NCBI GenBank assembly: GCA_013265495.1 | Contig: MU058531.1 | Location: 3,658,911 to 3,722,910 of the forward strand | DNA length: 64,000 nucleotides | DNA from: Vicugna vicugna | Lineage: Eukaryota | Reading direction: 5' to 3' | Shown here: piece by piece, positions 13,038 through 25,562 of the stretch | Position numbering within the stretch: the first letter of the stretch is position 1 | Layout of the letters: each line of letters opens with the position of its first letter | Translations under genes and position numbers: made by a program | Notes under the pieces: generated by a model | What the model saw: the letters and a program-made list of their open reading frames with translations, nothing else | The model's database searches: none | Told to the model about the DNA's origin: nothing

Positions 13038-16000
13038 CTATTCCACAAAAAAAAAAAGAAAGAAAGAAAGAAAAAACGAGGAACAAGTATTAGAAATATA
13101 GAACTCTGAATTTTTGTGTGTCCAACAGGAAAAGCTTATGCTCCTAATACCTTAGCCCAGTGTTTTCAAACGGGAGCACTACTGACACGCTAGGCAGGAC
13201 AATTCTCTGTTGTACTTCAGTGTCGTGGGCTAGGCAAAATGATCTCTGAAATTTAAATTCCAGCAGCATTCTTAGGTCACTGTAACAATCAAAAAATAAA
13301 TGTCTCCACCCATTCTGCAATGTCTTTCAGAGCATCTGAGAAGCAATCAATGACTTAGCCCTTCAGCTCTGTCTGATCTCCAAAGACTTTCCATTCCACT
13401 TCAGCCACCCCCTTGCCAGGGCCACACCCCAAACCCTGGCTCACTCCACTCTGACCACAACCTGTTGTCCTTCTGGCTCTCACTCAGTTATTTCACTACA
13501 CTTCCTGACCAGATATATAGACCTTCAGTTAATCCTACTTAATTTACCAATGTGTTCTATCTTTACTTAGATAGTCGCTTAGTTTGCATGGTTATCACTT
13601 CAAACATCCTCCTGTCAATATCCTCAACTACTTCCCCTTCTACATTTTAGGCATTCACATCTAACAAGATTCCAACTACAGATCATTCTAACTACTCTCT
13701 TTGTCCCTCGTTCTCCTTCTCTCTCTCCCAGTAAAAAATGAATAACCACTAAGTGCCAGCACTGTTCTAACCACTAAGGATCCACCCATAAACAAGCCAA
13801 TCTTAGCATCTTTCCTAATGAACCTTATAATTGTTCCTGAATTCACTAACACTTGTAAATATCACTATATAAATGTACATGCTGCACAGAATGAAACACT
13901 GACCTACGTTAAATGAGTCTGTCATTTCTCAAAACTAACCAGCATTTGATTTATTTCCCTGGTCTACTTTCTCTCTTCCCTAGACTACCTTTTCAAATCT
14001 CTGACTATCATCACACTTCTAATCCCATCACCTACATCATTTCATAAGCATCAGAGGATCCAGCTTCCTATGTCACTAAGAAAAGGTATGAGCTAAAAAC
14101 TCCTGCAGTTTCCCACAATGAATTCAAGAGCATCTGCATCCATCTCTTCCTTTTTCCTTCACATTACACTAGAAGAGGCACTTTTCCTCCTGTGCTCTGG
14201 ATCTCCAAAGCTCTTGCCTTCACTGGACTTGTTCTACCATTTAAGTCCTCTCTCGCCTTGTATCATCAGCTTCTCCCATCTACTGATTTTATATTAACAT
14301 TTTAGGATGGTCATTTTCCAGCAGGCAATTCATCAATATCTTGCCAAAATTTAAAATATATTCTAAACTAGTTAAACCTTCATACAAGAGAAAAATAAGT
14401 GGCTGCTAAGAAAAAATATGAAGAAAGTAGGAAATGAGGATAACTGTATCACTGGCTGCATAGATCTCGTATATAATAGCTAGAATACGGCTCTACCTCA
14501 GTCTTAACAGCTGTATAGTATTCCACCATATTGTACATTTATGTTATTTATTTTAACAATCAGTTTTTGGTTGCGGTATTTCTTTGTTTCTCTCTTCCTT
14601 TTTTCTTTTTTTTGCCATTATTAACATTAACAATGTTGCAAAGAACATGCTTGGGCATATATACTCTAGGCAAATTTTTTCAAATAATTTTAAAACAAAT
14701 TCCTAGAAGTGGGATTGTTGGGTCAAAGGAAAGTTCATTTTTTTTAATCCTTCCTGTGATAGTTTACATGAGTTTATGAGTATACATACATTTTTTTTCC
14801 ACTCAAATGGTGTAAGCCTACCTCACATGTGGTGATAGCCTATAATTTCAAGTGAGTGAACGCTTCAATACACACTAATTTTCACCTTCTTTTTTAAAAT
14901 TAAAAATTTATTTTACAGACTATTTCATGTTAGAACATAAAGAGTTTCCTTCTTTTTTTTTGAACTATTCTTCTTTTGGTTTCTAAAACACTGTACAATT
15001 CAAGTTTTCTTCCCAATACTCTGGCTCCTTCTCAAACCCCAATACAGGTTTTTCTTCCTCTGTCCGTTTTTTAAATGCTAGGGTTCCTTAAAATTCTGTT
15101 TGAAGTTCTCTTTATTCTCTTGCTACACAGTCTCCATGATGATTCTGCCCAAGTCTGAGGCTTCAATTACCATCTATATGCTGATAATTTCCAAAACTAT
15201 TCTCTCTAACCCAGATCTCTCCCTTGAACCTTATACTCCTATATACAACTGCCTGAGAGACTTCATTTATATGCTCAACATGTGAGAATGAAGAAATCTT
15301 TTGTTTTTATTTTTAATATATAATTATTAACACATCATGCTCTTTAAATTCTTCTGAAATTTAGCCAGTAGAGATCTCAAAAAACATCTAACTCAACCAC
15401 TGCATTTCGCTTATACATGAAATACCTGGAGATTAAATAAGTGACCAGTTAAGGCCACACTGATAGTAAGTAACAAAATCAAGAGAAAAGCTCAAGTTTC
15501 CTGACTTCCAGTTTCGTGGCCTTTTATATATCACAATAACATGTTACCAAAGGCTCAAACTAAATAGGTTAGGATAAGAGAATGAGATGGGCATGGGAAG
15601 AATGAAGAGTTGGATATAATCAAATGTGAATACCCTGAAAGTACCAGTAACATTGCAGAAAAACTGGTCTGACTCAAAATAGTCACAATCCTTACCTGTT
15701 TTGAGTATTTGGGAGTTCCTAAATAGGTTTACAAAGAATAAGCTTGACAATTGCTGCTCAAATTCACTCCAAGTTTCCAAGTGAAAAGAAAGCCAGAAGT
15801 CCAGGAAACTAAGTAAATCTTGGCAACACAGCAAAGAATGCCCCAGCGAAAAGTTCCTACCTTAACTAAGTGCCATTCACTAATGGGAAAGTGGCAGTAC
15901 TGGCATGCTGCCCAACATTTACTTACATGGCTACTCCGAGTTTGTTTTCCTAAGTATGTATTGTATCTTCAGATATACTTTCCAGACAAACTAAAAGCAG

Positions 16001-16199
16001 GGCTAGCTCTTTCTTACTGTGAATACTGTACTGAAATGTTTTCTCATACTGATTGTGATCCTCATATAGGACTACTCTATTTACTCTTCAGAAGATCTGA
16101 GAGCAAGAAGAGTGATTACTAGAAAGCAAAGTTATTCCATGAAGAGCATTTTAGAACAAATCAATGGAAACTGGAGCACGTGAATGCTCTCACAATTAC

Positions 16200-16407
16200 C
16201 TGGTCGTTTTTCTTTTGGGTCCTCCAGTGGAACTGGTTTCTTAGACACAGCATCTCTTACAGCTTGCCTTAGTTTCCTCTGTTCTTTTCGGTACTTCTTG
16301 AGCGTGCTTTGTTGTTTAAATTGTTTATTTTTTAGCTTGTTTTCAAGTTTGACTTTACTAGTTTTTAGCAACTTCCGAAAGCTGGGGACCTGTTTTTTAT
16401 TTCTTCT
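16200..16407 (-). CDS. NOC3L: NOC3L exon 2
   Basis: tag|AGAAGAAAT...CGACCAG|gtaatt; 208 nt; [69 protein letters not shown]. Confidence 0.96.
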
Positions 16408-17029
16408 CTAGGAAACAACAACAACAGGCACACTGCATACTCAGAAATTTATATTACTTCATTTTTAAAATCAGATTAAAGAGAACTGATATATAAATTT
16501 CATCGGACCAATTCCACAACTTTAATGTCTCACAGTCATGGATCTTACACATAAGAGTTAAAACCAAACTATGGCATTAATCCTACAGAATGGCACTAGG
16601 TCATCAATTACTCAATCAGAGGTTCTTTCTGTGACCGGAATCCACAGCTGCTCAAAGGAGTCTAAGATTCAAATCACGGTGAAGAACCACCGAGCTACTG
16701 GTAAATCGTTATTCAAAGCTAGCTTAACACCTGTAGTTTGGCATACTAAGGGTAAAATGCTGACTGTTTTAACAATAACAACTCGTATGTATGCATCGCT
16801 TTACTGTTTTCAAAGTGCTCTTAACTTAGTACCTCTAACAGCCTAGTTAATTAGTAACTGCTGTTATCCTCATATTACTGATGAAGCTACGGCTTAAAAA
16901 CATAATGTGACTTGTCTAAGACCCTTAAACTAAAGAAAACAAAAATGAATACAGGTCTGTGGATTCCAACTTTCCTGTTGGTGACCTCTCACTCAGAAAC
17001 TACTTGCTTTCCTATCTCCTTATACTTCA

Positions 17030-17600
17030 GGCGGGACGGGGCGGAGAAATGGACTCGTTTCAGGTCTCAATTCTCATGGCGGCCCCCTGAAGCCAAGCGC
17101 TCACGGTGAGCCACTACGGAGGAGCCAAGTCTAAGGGCAGGGAAGCTGACAGCTCTTAGAGCCAGGAGGGAGCCCCTAATCTAGGCCACCATCCTCCATA
17201 TAAGGGCGAAAACCCGCCGAAAAACTACACCAAGCAGTGACCGTCAGGCAAAGGAGCCCTTAGCTGAGGAGACCAGGGTTCTGGAGACACTTACGGCTTT
17301 CATCCTGAAGTCTGCAGGTAGTCTCGGCCGGACAAATCCACCAGGCGCAGCTGTAACCCGCGATCCCGAAAGGACGACACACGTGCGGAACCAGCAACAC
17401 AGTGCAAGCCGGAAGCTACCTCTAGCCCCAGCCCCTCTCAATCCGCCGCCGCCGGAAATGGGGGCGGGACTTCCGTAGACAGGGGCGGGCGCGCGCCCTC
17501 TCGCGGTTGCGTTCTTGCGGCCCTGGGCCCGAGGCGCCCGGGTTTGCACGCTCCTGACGGAACGCTGAACCGCCAAAGGCGAGTGGTCCCCAGGGGTTAC
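17030..17600. promoter_or_regulatory. NOC3L CpG-island promoter with GC boxes and ETS-type motifs
   Basis: CpG-dense. GGGGCGGG at 17461 and 17482; CCGGAA at 17409 and 17452; ACTTCCG at 17469; GCGCGCGC and TCTCGCGG near 17488-17506; no TATA box. Confidence 0.85.
17295..17303 (-). CDS. NOC3L: NOC3L coding exon 1 (MKA), nucleolar complex protein 3 homolog
   Basis: Minus strand ATG AAA GCC followed by the donor GTAAGT, inside a CpG island. Joins exon 2 in frame to give MKARRNKKQ, the known NOC3L N-terminus. Confidence 0.93.
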
Positions 17601-18399
17601 TTTACAGGGTCTCTGAATATTTGATTCCCGTCCTATTTCCTTAAAATTCTTCAGGAAATCGGGCTCCTTCTCTTAGAACGAAAGGACTTGATTTTTTTTT
17701 CAGTCACCTTGCTGCATTTTGTGCCTCTCCTCATGTTCAGCTTGTTGTAGGAGGTAGCTCGTCTCATCTTTCTGTTGTAGGTTCCAATTTTTGTAGTCAG
17801 CTTTCCTCCCGTAAAGTCGCGAGGACAGAGAAGAGCTTACTCTTTTTGTGTAATACCCGCCCCCTCGCCTGGCCCTCGGTAGGCCCTATGGGCGTGTTTG
17901 TGGAATGGCTAATGATTTCTCAGGACCTTCCGGCACTCAAAAGTCTCTGATTCTTAATGTTTTACTTTGAAACACTTTTTGCCTTAATTTCAACCATTGT
18001 CTGGTAAAGAGTTAAATCAGTTATGACTGCATTTCAGTATTTTACATCTGTTACCTTTCTGTAAATTCTGTCTGCTTAGTAATTTCGCCAAAGCCGTTAG
18101 TTTTAATAGGATGATTTATGCATTGCGAGAATATGTTTTTCAAAATGGTTCTCTCAAAGATTTTTTTTTGATGAATAAATTTAAGAATTCCGCTTCGGAT
18201 TATTAATAAAATAAAAATAATTTAGAAATCTGTGATGCTGAACGCATCCCTGACACTGAGTCTGGCGGAGCATTCCTGAGCCAGGGGAGAAAAGCCAGCA
18301 GAGGCTCAAAAGATTCTGAGCTCCCTAGTGGGTTGGTCTTAAAGAGATTGAGACCAATTGCTAGATCGCATTTCAAAGACCAAGAATCTCATTCCATCT

Positions 18400-19890
18400 G
18401 GAACTCTTCTTTCCCTCCCTTCCAGCTTCCCCCAATTTCCCTGTTGCTCTCTCTTCTTCCGCACACACTCTCAGAAACAGCAGAACCTGTCCCACTGGGG
18501 TATTACTTCATCAAATTGAAAACATTAGCCTGTGCTCTTCCCAAGTGTCTGAATTCCTTTCCAAACATAACAACTTATTTGTGGTCACTCCTATCCTTTC
18601 AGCCTTCCCTCCAGTCTCTCCAAGGGTGAGACATCCCCATTTCAATTCAAAACCAACTTCTCCCAGCTTCCTCAGACTCCTGTATCACTAATTATCCCTT
18701 CTCTTCTGTATGGATCTTTCTCCTTGGCCTGTAAATATATTCAGATTTCTTCCATCCTTAATTTTTTTTCCAATGACCCCATCTCCTTTTTTTTCTCTGT
18801 CTTTTTTTAAAATTTAAGAATATTTGACCCATCTCCTTTTGTTTACTGTTTTATTTTCCTCCTTCCCTGCTTGTGTTTACTTACAAAAAAACGTAGTTTT
18901 TTTCCTGGTGTCTCCTCTTACTCTTCTCTAGTATCACAGCCCAAGCTTGTGCTAGCTTTTTTAAGAATTAAATCATACTCTTGGCACATTTTAAGTTTAT
19001 AATCAACTAAAACTTTTGGATCATTTTTAAGCAATTGTTGCCAAGCTAAATTTCTCCCATCTTGAATTTGAGCAAACTATTTTTTAAACTCAACAAATGG
19101 AAGTTTACATGATTCCTACAAATGTAATCTGGTTTTTCAGTTATATCATTCCCAGCTTTGTGTCATCTCCCATTCAGTCAATCCACTGCTGAGCTCAGTT
19201 TGGGCTCTAGACCCTTGGATCTTCCACAGCTTTCCTGGACACTTGGGCTAAGAAGAGTCACTGGGCTACCCCAAACTGTCTCCACAGGGATTGTCCCAAG
19301 AGATTCCTGTGAGCCCTTTTGAGATTCTTCCCATAAAATTCCACTGAAATTGCTCTCATTAAGATCACCAAGAACTTCCAAGTTGTGAAATTTTTTTAAG
19401 TGTACGTGGATTAGATTTCTTTCTTTTGTTTTCTTTTTTCTTTTTTTTTTTTTTTTTTTTCTTTTTTTTTTTTGGTAACCTCACTAGATCTCTCTGCTAC
19501 ATTTCTCCTTTCTCACATTAGAATTTTGACTCTGTTGACTCCCCTAACAGTCTCTTCTCCAGGTTCTCCTCTTTCCATTCCTCTTCCTCCTGACTTTTCA
19601 ATGCAGGTGATTCTCGGGGTTCTACTCTTGGCCTACTTTTCTACTTTTCTTCTTGCTCTACTTGCTCTTCAGGCATGATCTCATTCATCTACCAACTGCA
19701 GAGACTCCCAAATAGTTTGTCCAGTCCATACCTCTCCCTCAAGCTTCAGTCTTGTAGCCACCTACTTCCTGGATATCTCCATGGAACATCAAATCACCAT
19801 GTTCAAAACCAAATTATATTCTTCACTTGTGCCTCTTCCAGCAGTCCCTATTTCATTCATTTACCCATAGCTAGAATCCTGACATTCCAG
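18400..19890. mobile_element. L2 relics with an internal L3/CR1-like fragment (about 18930-19180) and a poly-T tract (about 19418-19473)
   Basis: L2 motifs tccactgaaattgctctcattaagatcaccaa and atctccatggaacatcaaatcaccatgttcaaaaccaaa; CR1-like aatcaactaaaac...tttctcccatcttg. Confidence 0.55.
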
Positions 19891-20524
19891 AGATCTTTGG
19901 AAATAAGCCATGGCTTTCTTGGACATTCACCATATTACAGTTCTTCTGTTTTCTACCAGCAAACTGCTTTGAAAACTGTCACTAGGTGGTCATAGGACAA
20001 TAAGGCTTCTGGTGTTCCTGTCCCACAAGATAATTTATACAAGTTACAACAAGGGACATTGAAGAAACTAAAAGTGCATAACAGTCTCAAAGTAGATGCT
20101 TCATGTATCCTTATGAGAAATTACTAAGTGGGACCAGATTATAAATGTAAATCTCCAAAGTCCCAACATTAAGAACTTGAAAATGGATATGTTATGACCT
20201 CTACCTTTGACAATGTTAAAATATAGTTAAGAAAAAAATATATATATATAGTTAGAAAGATAATTATGTGTGACCAAATAGAGACTAATAAGAGATTGCA
20301 TAGGTGCTAAAAAAGATGAAAGAAAGCTACTTTGGAAGAAAAGACAGAGCAGTGTATACGTAAATGGAATACCCTTATGGAAAGGACAAAGTTCAGATAC
20401 GTGGGTAATATTTTCTAAGCAAGGTTACACAGGTAGTGCAAATAATTTATATTGTGGGTCATCAGGAAATTAGGCTAAAAGAGCTAATAATAATTAAAAC
20501 TAATGATTAAGTATTCAATTAAAT

Positions 20525-20691
20525 TTTTTTAATTTTTATTTTTTATTTAGATATTTACATTTGCAAGCTTGTTTTTTGTTTTTGTGGGGAGATGATTAGA
20601 TTTATTTATTTTTAATGGAGGTACTGGAAATTGAACCTAAGACCTTGTGCATGCTAGACATGCACTTTACCACTGAGCTCTACCCTTCCCC
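20525..20691 (-). mobile_element. vic-1-like tRNA-derived SINE
   Basis: ggaggtactggaaattgaacctaagaccttgtgcatgctagacatgcactttaccactgagctctaccc with a T-rich tail. Confidence 0.85.
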
Positions 20692-20748
20692 GCTCAATTT
20701 AAAATTGTTAACAAAAAAACTAAATAATAACAAAAAATAAAATAATAA

Positions 20749-22097
20749 TGTAGCAGGTGTTTTTGTTGTCCCAGTGACATCCTCTCAGCACTTGTCATTC
20801 CTTACCTGCCAGAAAAAAGTCCTCTGCAAGTACTTGAATCTTTTCACTTGAAGACTTTTTCTCAACTCCTGCAGGGCAGGCTAAAAGTGCCAAGAGGTTT
20901 TCACCCCTGAGAGCAGCCTTCATCCGATGACAAATGGAAGCTCATGGATAAATACATGGCTGAGAAAAGTGTTTTCCAAAGACATCATAGACCCAAAGGT
21001 GTGATGATTAAGTTAAGATTCTTGTGATGGGGAGATTCATTCTGGACCATCCAGGTGGGCCCTAAATGCAATCACTTGTGTTCCTGTAAGAGCTAAGCAG
21101 AGAGAGACTTCACACAGACATAAGAGGAGGAAGCAATGTGGCCACAGAGGCCGAGTGTGTCGAGCGGTAGCCACCAGAAGAGGGAAGAGGCTGGGAACAG
21201 TCTTCCCTGGAGCCTCTGCAGGGAGGATGGCCCTGCTGACTGCATGATTCCAGTCATACTGATTTCAGACTTCTGGCCTCTAGACCTGTGAGTGAATAAG
21301 TTTCTGTTGTTTTCTGCCTCCAGATTTATGGTAATTTGTTACAGGGGCCATAGAGCACTAACACACCAATATTTATACTAATAAATATATCCATGTTTTC
21401 ATTCCCCAGAGACAGGACAACTCTGAGGCATCTTGCACATTGTCTCCAGGAGTCTGCAAAAGGACTGAGCCCCATCTGCAGAGGTAATCCATATCCATTC
21501 TATTACCATCCTTCTCTTCCTTGTCTCACGTCCCAACCCTGCCATCAGTGGCTCCTGGTCTCTCCTTCAAAACAAACCACGAATACTCCAATCCTTGTAT
21601 ATTAGTTTCCTGGAGCTGCTGTAGCAAAGTACCACAAATTGTGTGGTTTAAAACAACAGACATTTATTCTCTCACGGTTGTGGAGTCTAGAAGTTGGAAA
21701 TAAATGTGTTGCTGCAGTTAGTTCCTTGTTAGGGCTCTGAGGAGAAAACTATTCTGTGCTCCTCTCTTAGCTTCTGGTGATGGCTGGCAACCCATGGTGT
21801 TCTTTCGTTTCTAAATGCATCACTCTAATCTCTGCCTCCACCTTTACATAGTATTCTCCCTGTGTCTCTGTTGCCTTCACCAGCCATCTTCCTGTCATAT
21901 AAGGTCACTAGTTAGATTAGGGACCCATTCTGATGAACTTATCTCAACTTCATTACATCCGCAAAGACCCTATTTCCAAATAAAGTCACATACATAGTAC
22001 TGGGGGTTAGGATGTTAACGTCTTTTGAGGGGGCACATAATTCAACCCATAACACATTGACGAAGGGTCAGATTCGAGGGACCCCCAACCTAAGACA
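20749..22097 (+). mobile_element. LTR16-like ERVL solo LTR split by two MLT1 LTRs (about 20960-21365 +, about 21596-22055 -)
   Basis: TGTAGCAG start and cccaacctaagaCA end. MLT1 motifs agacttctggcctctaga...gtaatttgttaca and agcaaagtaccacaaa...atttattctctcacggtt. Confidence 0.7.
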
Positions 22098-23334
22098 GTT
22101 ATCACTTACTAAGCACTTTTTGTATATCTCTAAACATAAATTATTTTGTTTAATTCTCAACAATCTTATGAGATAAATATTAGCTCCATTTTAAAGTTAA
22201 CAAACCTAAGGATTAGATATTATAGTGTAATCAAGTGTGTCTTAGGCCAGGTGGGAAATATAATAAGATTTCAGTCCCACCAGTGAGAGTGGTTTTTAGA
22301 AAAAGGGATCAAATACCTAAGCTCTTTTTCTAATCTGCCATATTACAGATCAGGAAACAATTAAAGAAGAATTTTCCTGGAGTAGTGATATAAGTTCTCT
22401 ACTACTTAAGATTTTTATTGATAAATTAAACTTCTAAGACCTAATGTTACCTGTTTCTTTACTTGCATTGGCCATTCTGAACCACTTTATTTACTCATTA
22501 CTTTCAAAAATCTCTAGGAAAGGGAAGTAGATTCCATGCACAAAGTCATGTACAGTTTCTAACAGTCCCTTTGGCAGCAATAGTTGCTCACTCTTCTGCC
22601 TGTACCAGACTCTGCTAGGAGCTCTCGGTGAAACAATGTTCTGCAAAACAAGGATGCATTGTTTCTGCTTCTGTTCTAAAGCTGCTGGGAAGTATGCTGA
22701 GCAGGGAAGAGACTATAATGAAACCAACATCTAAGGTATTCTATATACCATTCTCACGTCTCTCACAATGCTGCTCCTGTTGATTCTAATATTCTCTACT
22801 CCATCTGTCACCAAAGGTCAAGTCCTTCCTCCGGTTACAAGTTTGGAAATACTTCCACTTGTGGATTTATCTACATACACCCTGAAGACCTGCTTAGGTG
22901 ATATGTATGCTTCTGATTGTTGTCCTTCATTTTTTCAAATGGATACTTCTGATTATAACTTAAATCCACTTGGGTGAATAAATCGATACATAAGTGAAAT
23001 CAGGATATTTATGAATACATTGATGAGAGGTCTGGATGGTCCAAAATATCAATTCCTACATCTGTCCTACCAGAAAGAAGATAAAGATCTGCCCCTAATG
23101 AATCTCTTTCTTGGGCCCACAAGGAGTAAAAGGACTTTTTAATGTTCTATTTAGGATTTTTAACATCCAGAAAAAAAGGGAATCAGTGGCTTTTGGAGGT
23201 GACAAAAATGGGCAGTGGAGGAGGGGAAGGAGGTAAGTGAAAGAGATTCCAAAACAGCTAGGCTTTCAACATAATATAATGATGTGTGTGTATCATAATG
23301 TAACGATACTTTCAGTAAATGTGTGAGTTACATA

Positions 23335-23860
23335 TATTTGCTTGGCAAACTACCCTAAAAGTTAGCAACTTAAAACAATAATAAACATTTATTATTTCAC
23401 ACAGCTTTTGTGGGTCTGGAGTTTAGGGGGTGGTTTTGCAGGATGGTTCTGTTTCTGGAAGTTGCAATCTAGTTGTTGGCCAAGGCTGCAGTTACCTGAA
23501 GACTTTACTGAGCTCAAGAATTAACTTCTAAGATGGCTCACTTGTATAACTCCTGGCGAGAAACATCAGTTCCTTACTGGCTGTTGGCAAGAAGCTTCAG
23601 TTTCTCTCTATGTGAACCTTCCCACAGGGCTGCTTGAATGTCTTCATAAAGTAGTAGCTGGCTTCCCCCAGAGCAAGTTATCCAAGAGAGAGCAAGGGGT
23701 AAGCTCTAATGCCTTTTAAGATCTAGTCTTGGAAGTCATTACTTCCACTGTTCAGTTTGTTATAAGTGAGTCACTTAATTCAGACCACTCTCAATGATAG
23801 GGGAATTAGAATTCACTTTTTTGAAGGGAAGAATCAAGGAATTTATGAATACATTTTAAA
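23335..23860 (-). mobile_element. MLT1F-like MaLR LTR
   Basis: caacttaaaacaataataaacatttattatttcacacag...aagatggctcac...gctggcttcccccagagc. Confidence 0.7.
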
Positions 23861-25511
23861 AAACGTCAGTGTTGGGTTCAGTGAATATTTATTGAGCATC
23901 TTTAATGGAATCTGGGTAGGCACTAGAATTTAAACACAAATTATTCTCCTGTCACCTATGACTACAGAAATCAGAGTTTTTATGTAGACAGGAGGCAACT
24001 TTAGATTATAGGCCATAACATGACTATGATAGGTTCAAAGCTGAATGGATGTGAAGATGAGATCTAAATCATGGAGAACATGAGGGACTGATTTTCTCCT
24101 GAACAAATCAGGAAGGATATTTTGTAACCTGTGTGATGGTCCATTCAGAAAACCTCAAAGGACCTGAACTGAGAACTGAATACCAAAGTACAGAAGCAGT
24201 GACTTACTCCATCTCCTAAGCCCAGACACCGAGGTTATTACTTTATATCTACAAATAATCAATAAATATTTGCAGGTTTGTTGAGTTAAATTTAGCTGAT
24301 GGATTAAGGTGAACCCTAAGTATAAACTTAGATACACAATCTGATTGTTACAGATTTTGATTACTATGTTTCTTCTGGGTATTTTCTGTTACTTATGTCT
24401 TTGGCATGGTCAGCTCTTTTCTCCAGAATTTAGAGCAGTCACATAGGCACAAACCAGAGGCTCATGGGCCAAATTCTGCCGGCGGAATAGTTTTGTTTGG
24501 TTAAAATTGTGCGTGTGTTTGTGTGTGTGAGATATTTTTCATTGATTTTTGAATTGTACACTCAATATGCACCCTCTCGTTCCCCCATGGTCCCACTCCC
24601 TCCTGTTGTCTGACACCCATCAGCCTTATGGGTCCCAAAGGGCATTTGAGTGTGAGATTCACGCATCTAGGTTTTAAATCTCAGGATTACACTACTTATT
24701 ATTATTATAACCTATTCTTATTCTCCATCCCAAGGGTGAGCTCTTTCCTGTAGATCACTTTTGGCTTTTGGTCAGAAGTACAGTTCTGGCAGCTACCTTC
24801 ATTTTTAGCTTAGTCAATATCCCCTCTTGTTTTCATCCTGTCTCTTTGTTCCCTCCTCGTCAGCATTCTTGCAGAATATTCTCCTTTTCCTGTATCTTAA
24901 TCCCCATGTCCTAAATGATATATAGGAAAAAAGCATGAACATTGAGGGCAGAAAGACTTAGTTTTTATGAAACTTTTAAATGGGGGTGACAATGCCTACC
25001 TGTGAGTGAGACAGTGTATACAGTATAGCACCTGGCATGGGAAAGGTGGGGTGAACTTAAGAAACAGTCCCTCCTTCTTTCTGATAAATCATTTCATGAT
25101 CTTCTGTGAGGTCATTTACATAGCTCTTCCACTTTGATTCTCTTTTCCTATCTTTATTCTTGTCAGTTCACTCATTTATCCTTTTATTAATTCACATGTC
25201 ACAGATATTAACCGGCCACTTACTCTATCAGCCACTGTGTCAGGGGATAAGAACCAGAAAATGATACTATCCCGCTCTTGTTGAGTTTGTGGTCTACTAG
25301 CAGGAAGCAGATATTAATCAAAGAACCACACAAATAAATGTAAAGTTTTCTCATTCTAAAATGTTTGGTTGTAATTAATGCCAAAAAGGAGAGAGTAGAT
25401 GGGGTTAAGACTTACTATAATAGGGGTATATGGCCTCACACCAGAGAGCTCATGGAAGGCTTTTCCTGAAGAAATGATGACTGAGCTGAGATCTGAAGGA
25501 AAGAGGAGTTA

Positions 25512-25515
<4 letters not shown>

Positions 25516-25551
<36 letters not shown>

Positions 25552-25562
25552 TACGTGTGTGT
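25516..25562. repeat. (TG)n microsatellite within an L2 relic
   Basis: Visible dinucleotide run. Confidence 0.95.

Larger units (their letters stand above)
17950..23160 (+). pseudogene. Decayed Toll-like-receptor-like gene, copy A (coding relics about 17950-18400, 19895-20490, 22240-23160)
   Basis: Manual translation (* = stop, / = frameshift). LRR-like: AFQYFTSVTFL 18029; SFNRMIYALREYVFQNGSLKDFFLMN 18099; VFYQQTALK/LSLGG 19948; KLNF*DL 22423. LRR-CT-like: FTCIG/ILNHFIYSL 22458. TIR-like: FIYIHPEDLL 22866; LLIVVLHFF 22910; SLSWAHKE*KDF 23103. Confidence 0.6.

Noticed and set aside
13031..13040. AG|GT at the NOC3L exon 3 acceptor as a recursive or dual splice site
   Set aside because: GTAAAA is a poor donor and is explained by the conserved Gly-Lys codons
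17244..17576. 110-aa minus-strand ORF across the NOC3L start
   Set aside because: Non-ATG start in GC-rich promoter/5'UTR; only MKA is supported as coding, and it is followed by a canonical donor
22349..23140. Alternative readings as a RecQ helicase (KEEFSWS), a class C GPCR (CFCF..YNE) or, on the minus strand, a piggyBac transposase; also the 69-aa signal-peptide-like ORF at 22768..22977
   Set aside because: Each rests on a single short motif with wrong spacing; the LRR-LRRCT-TIR reading explains many more motifs in the correct order
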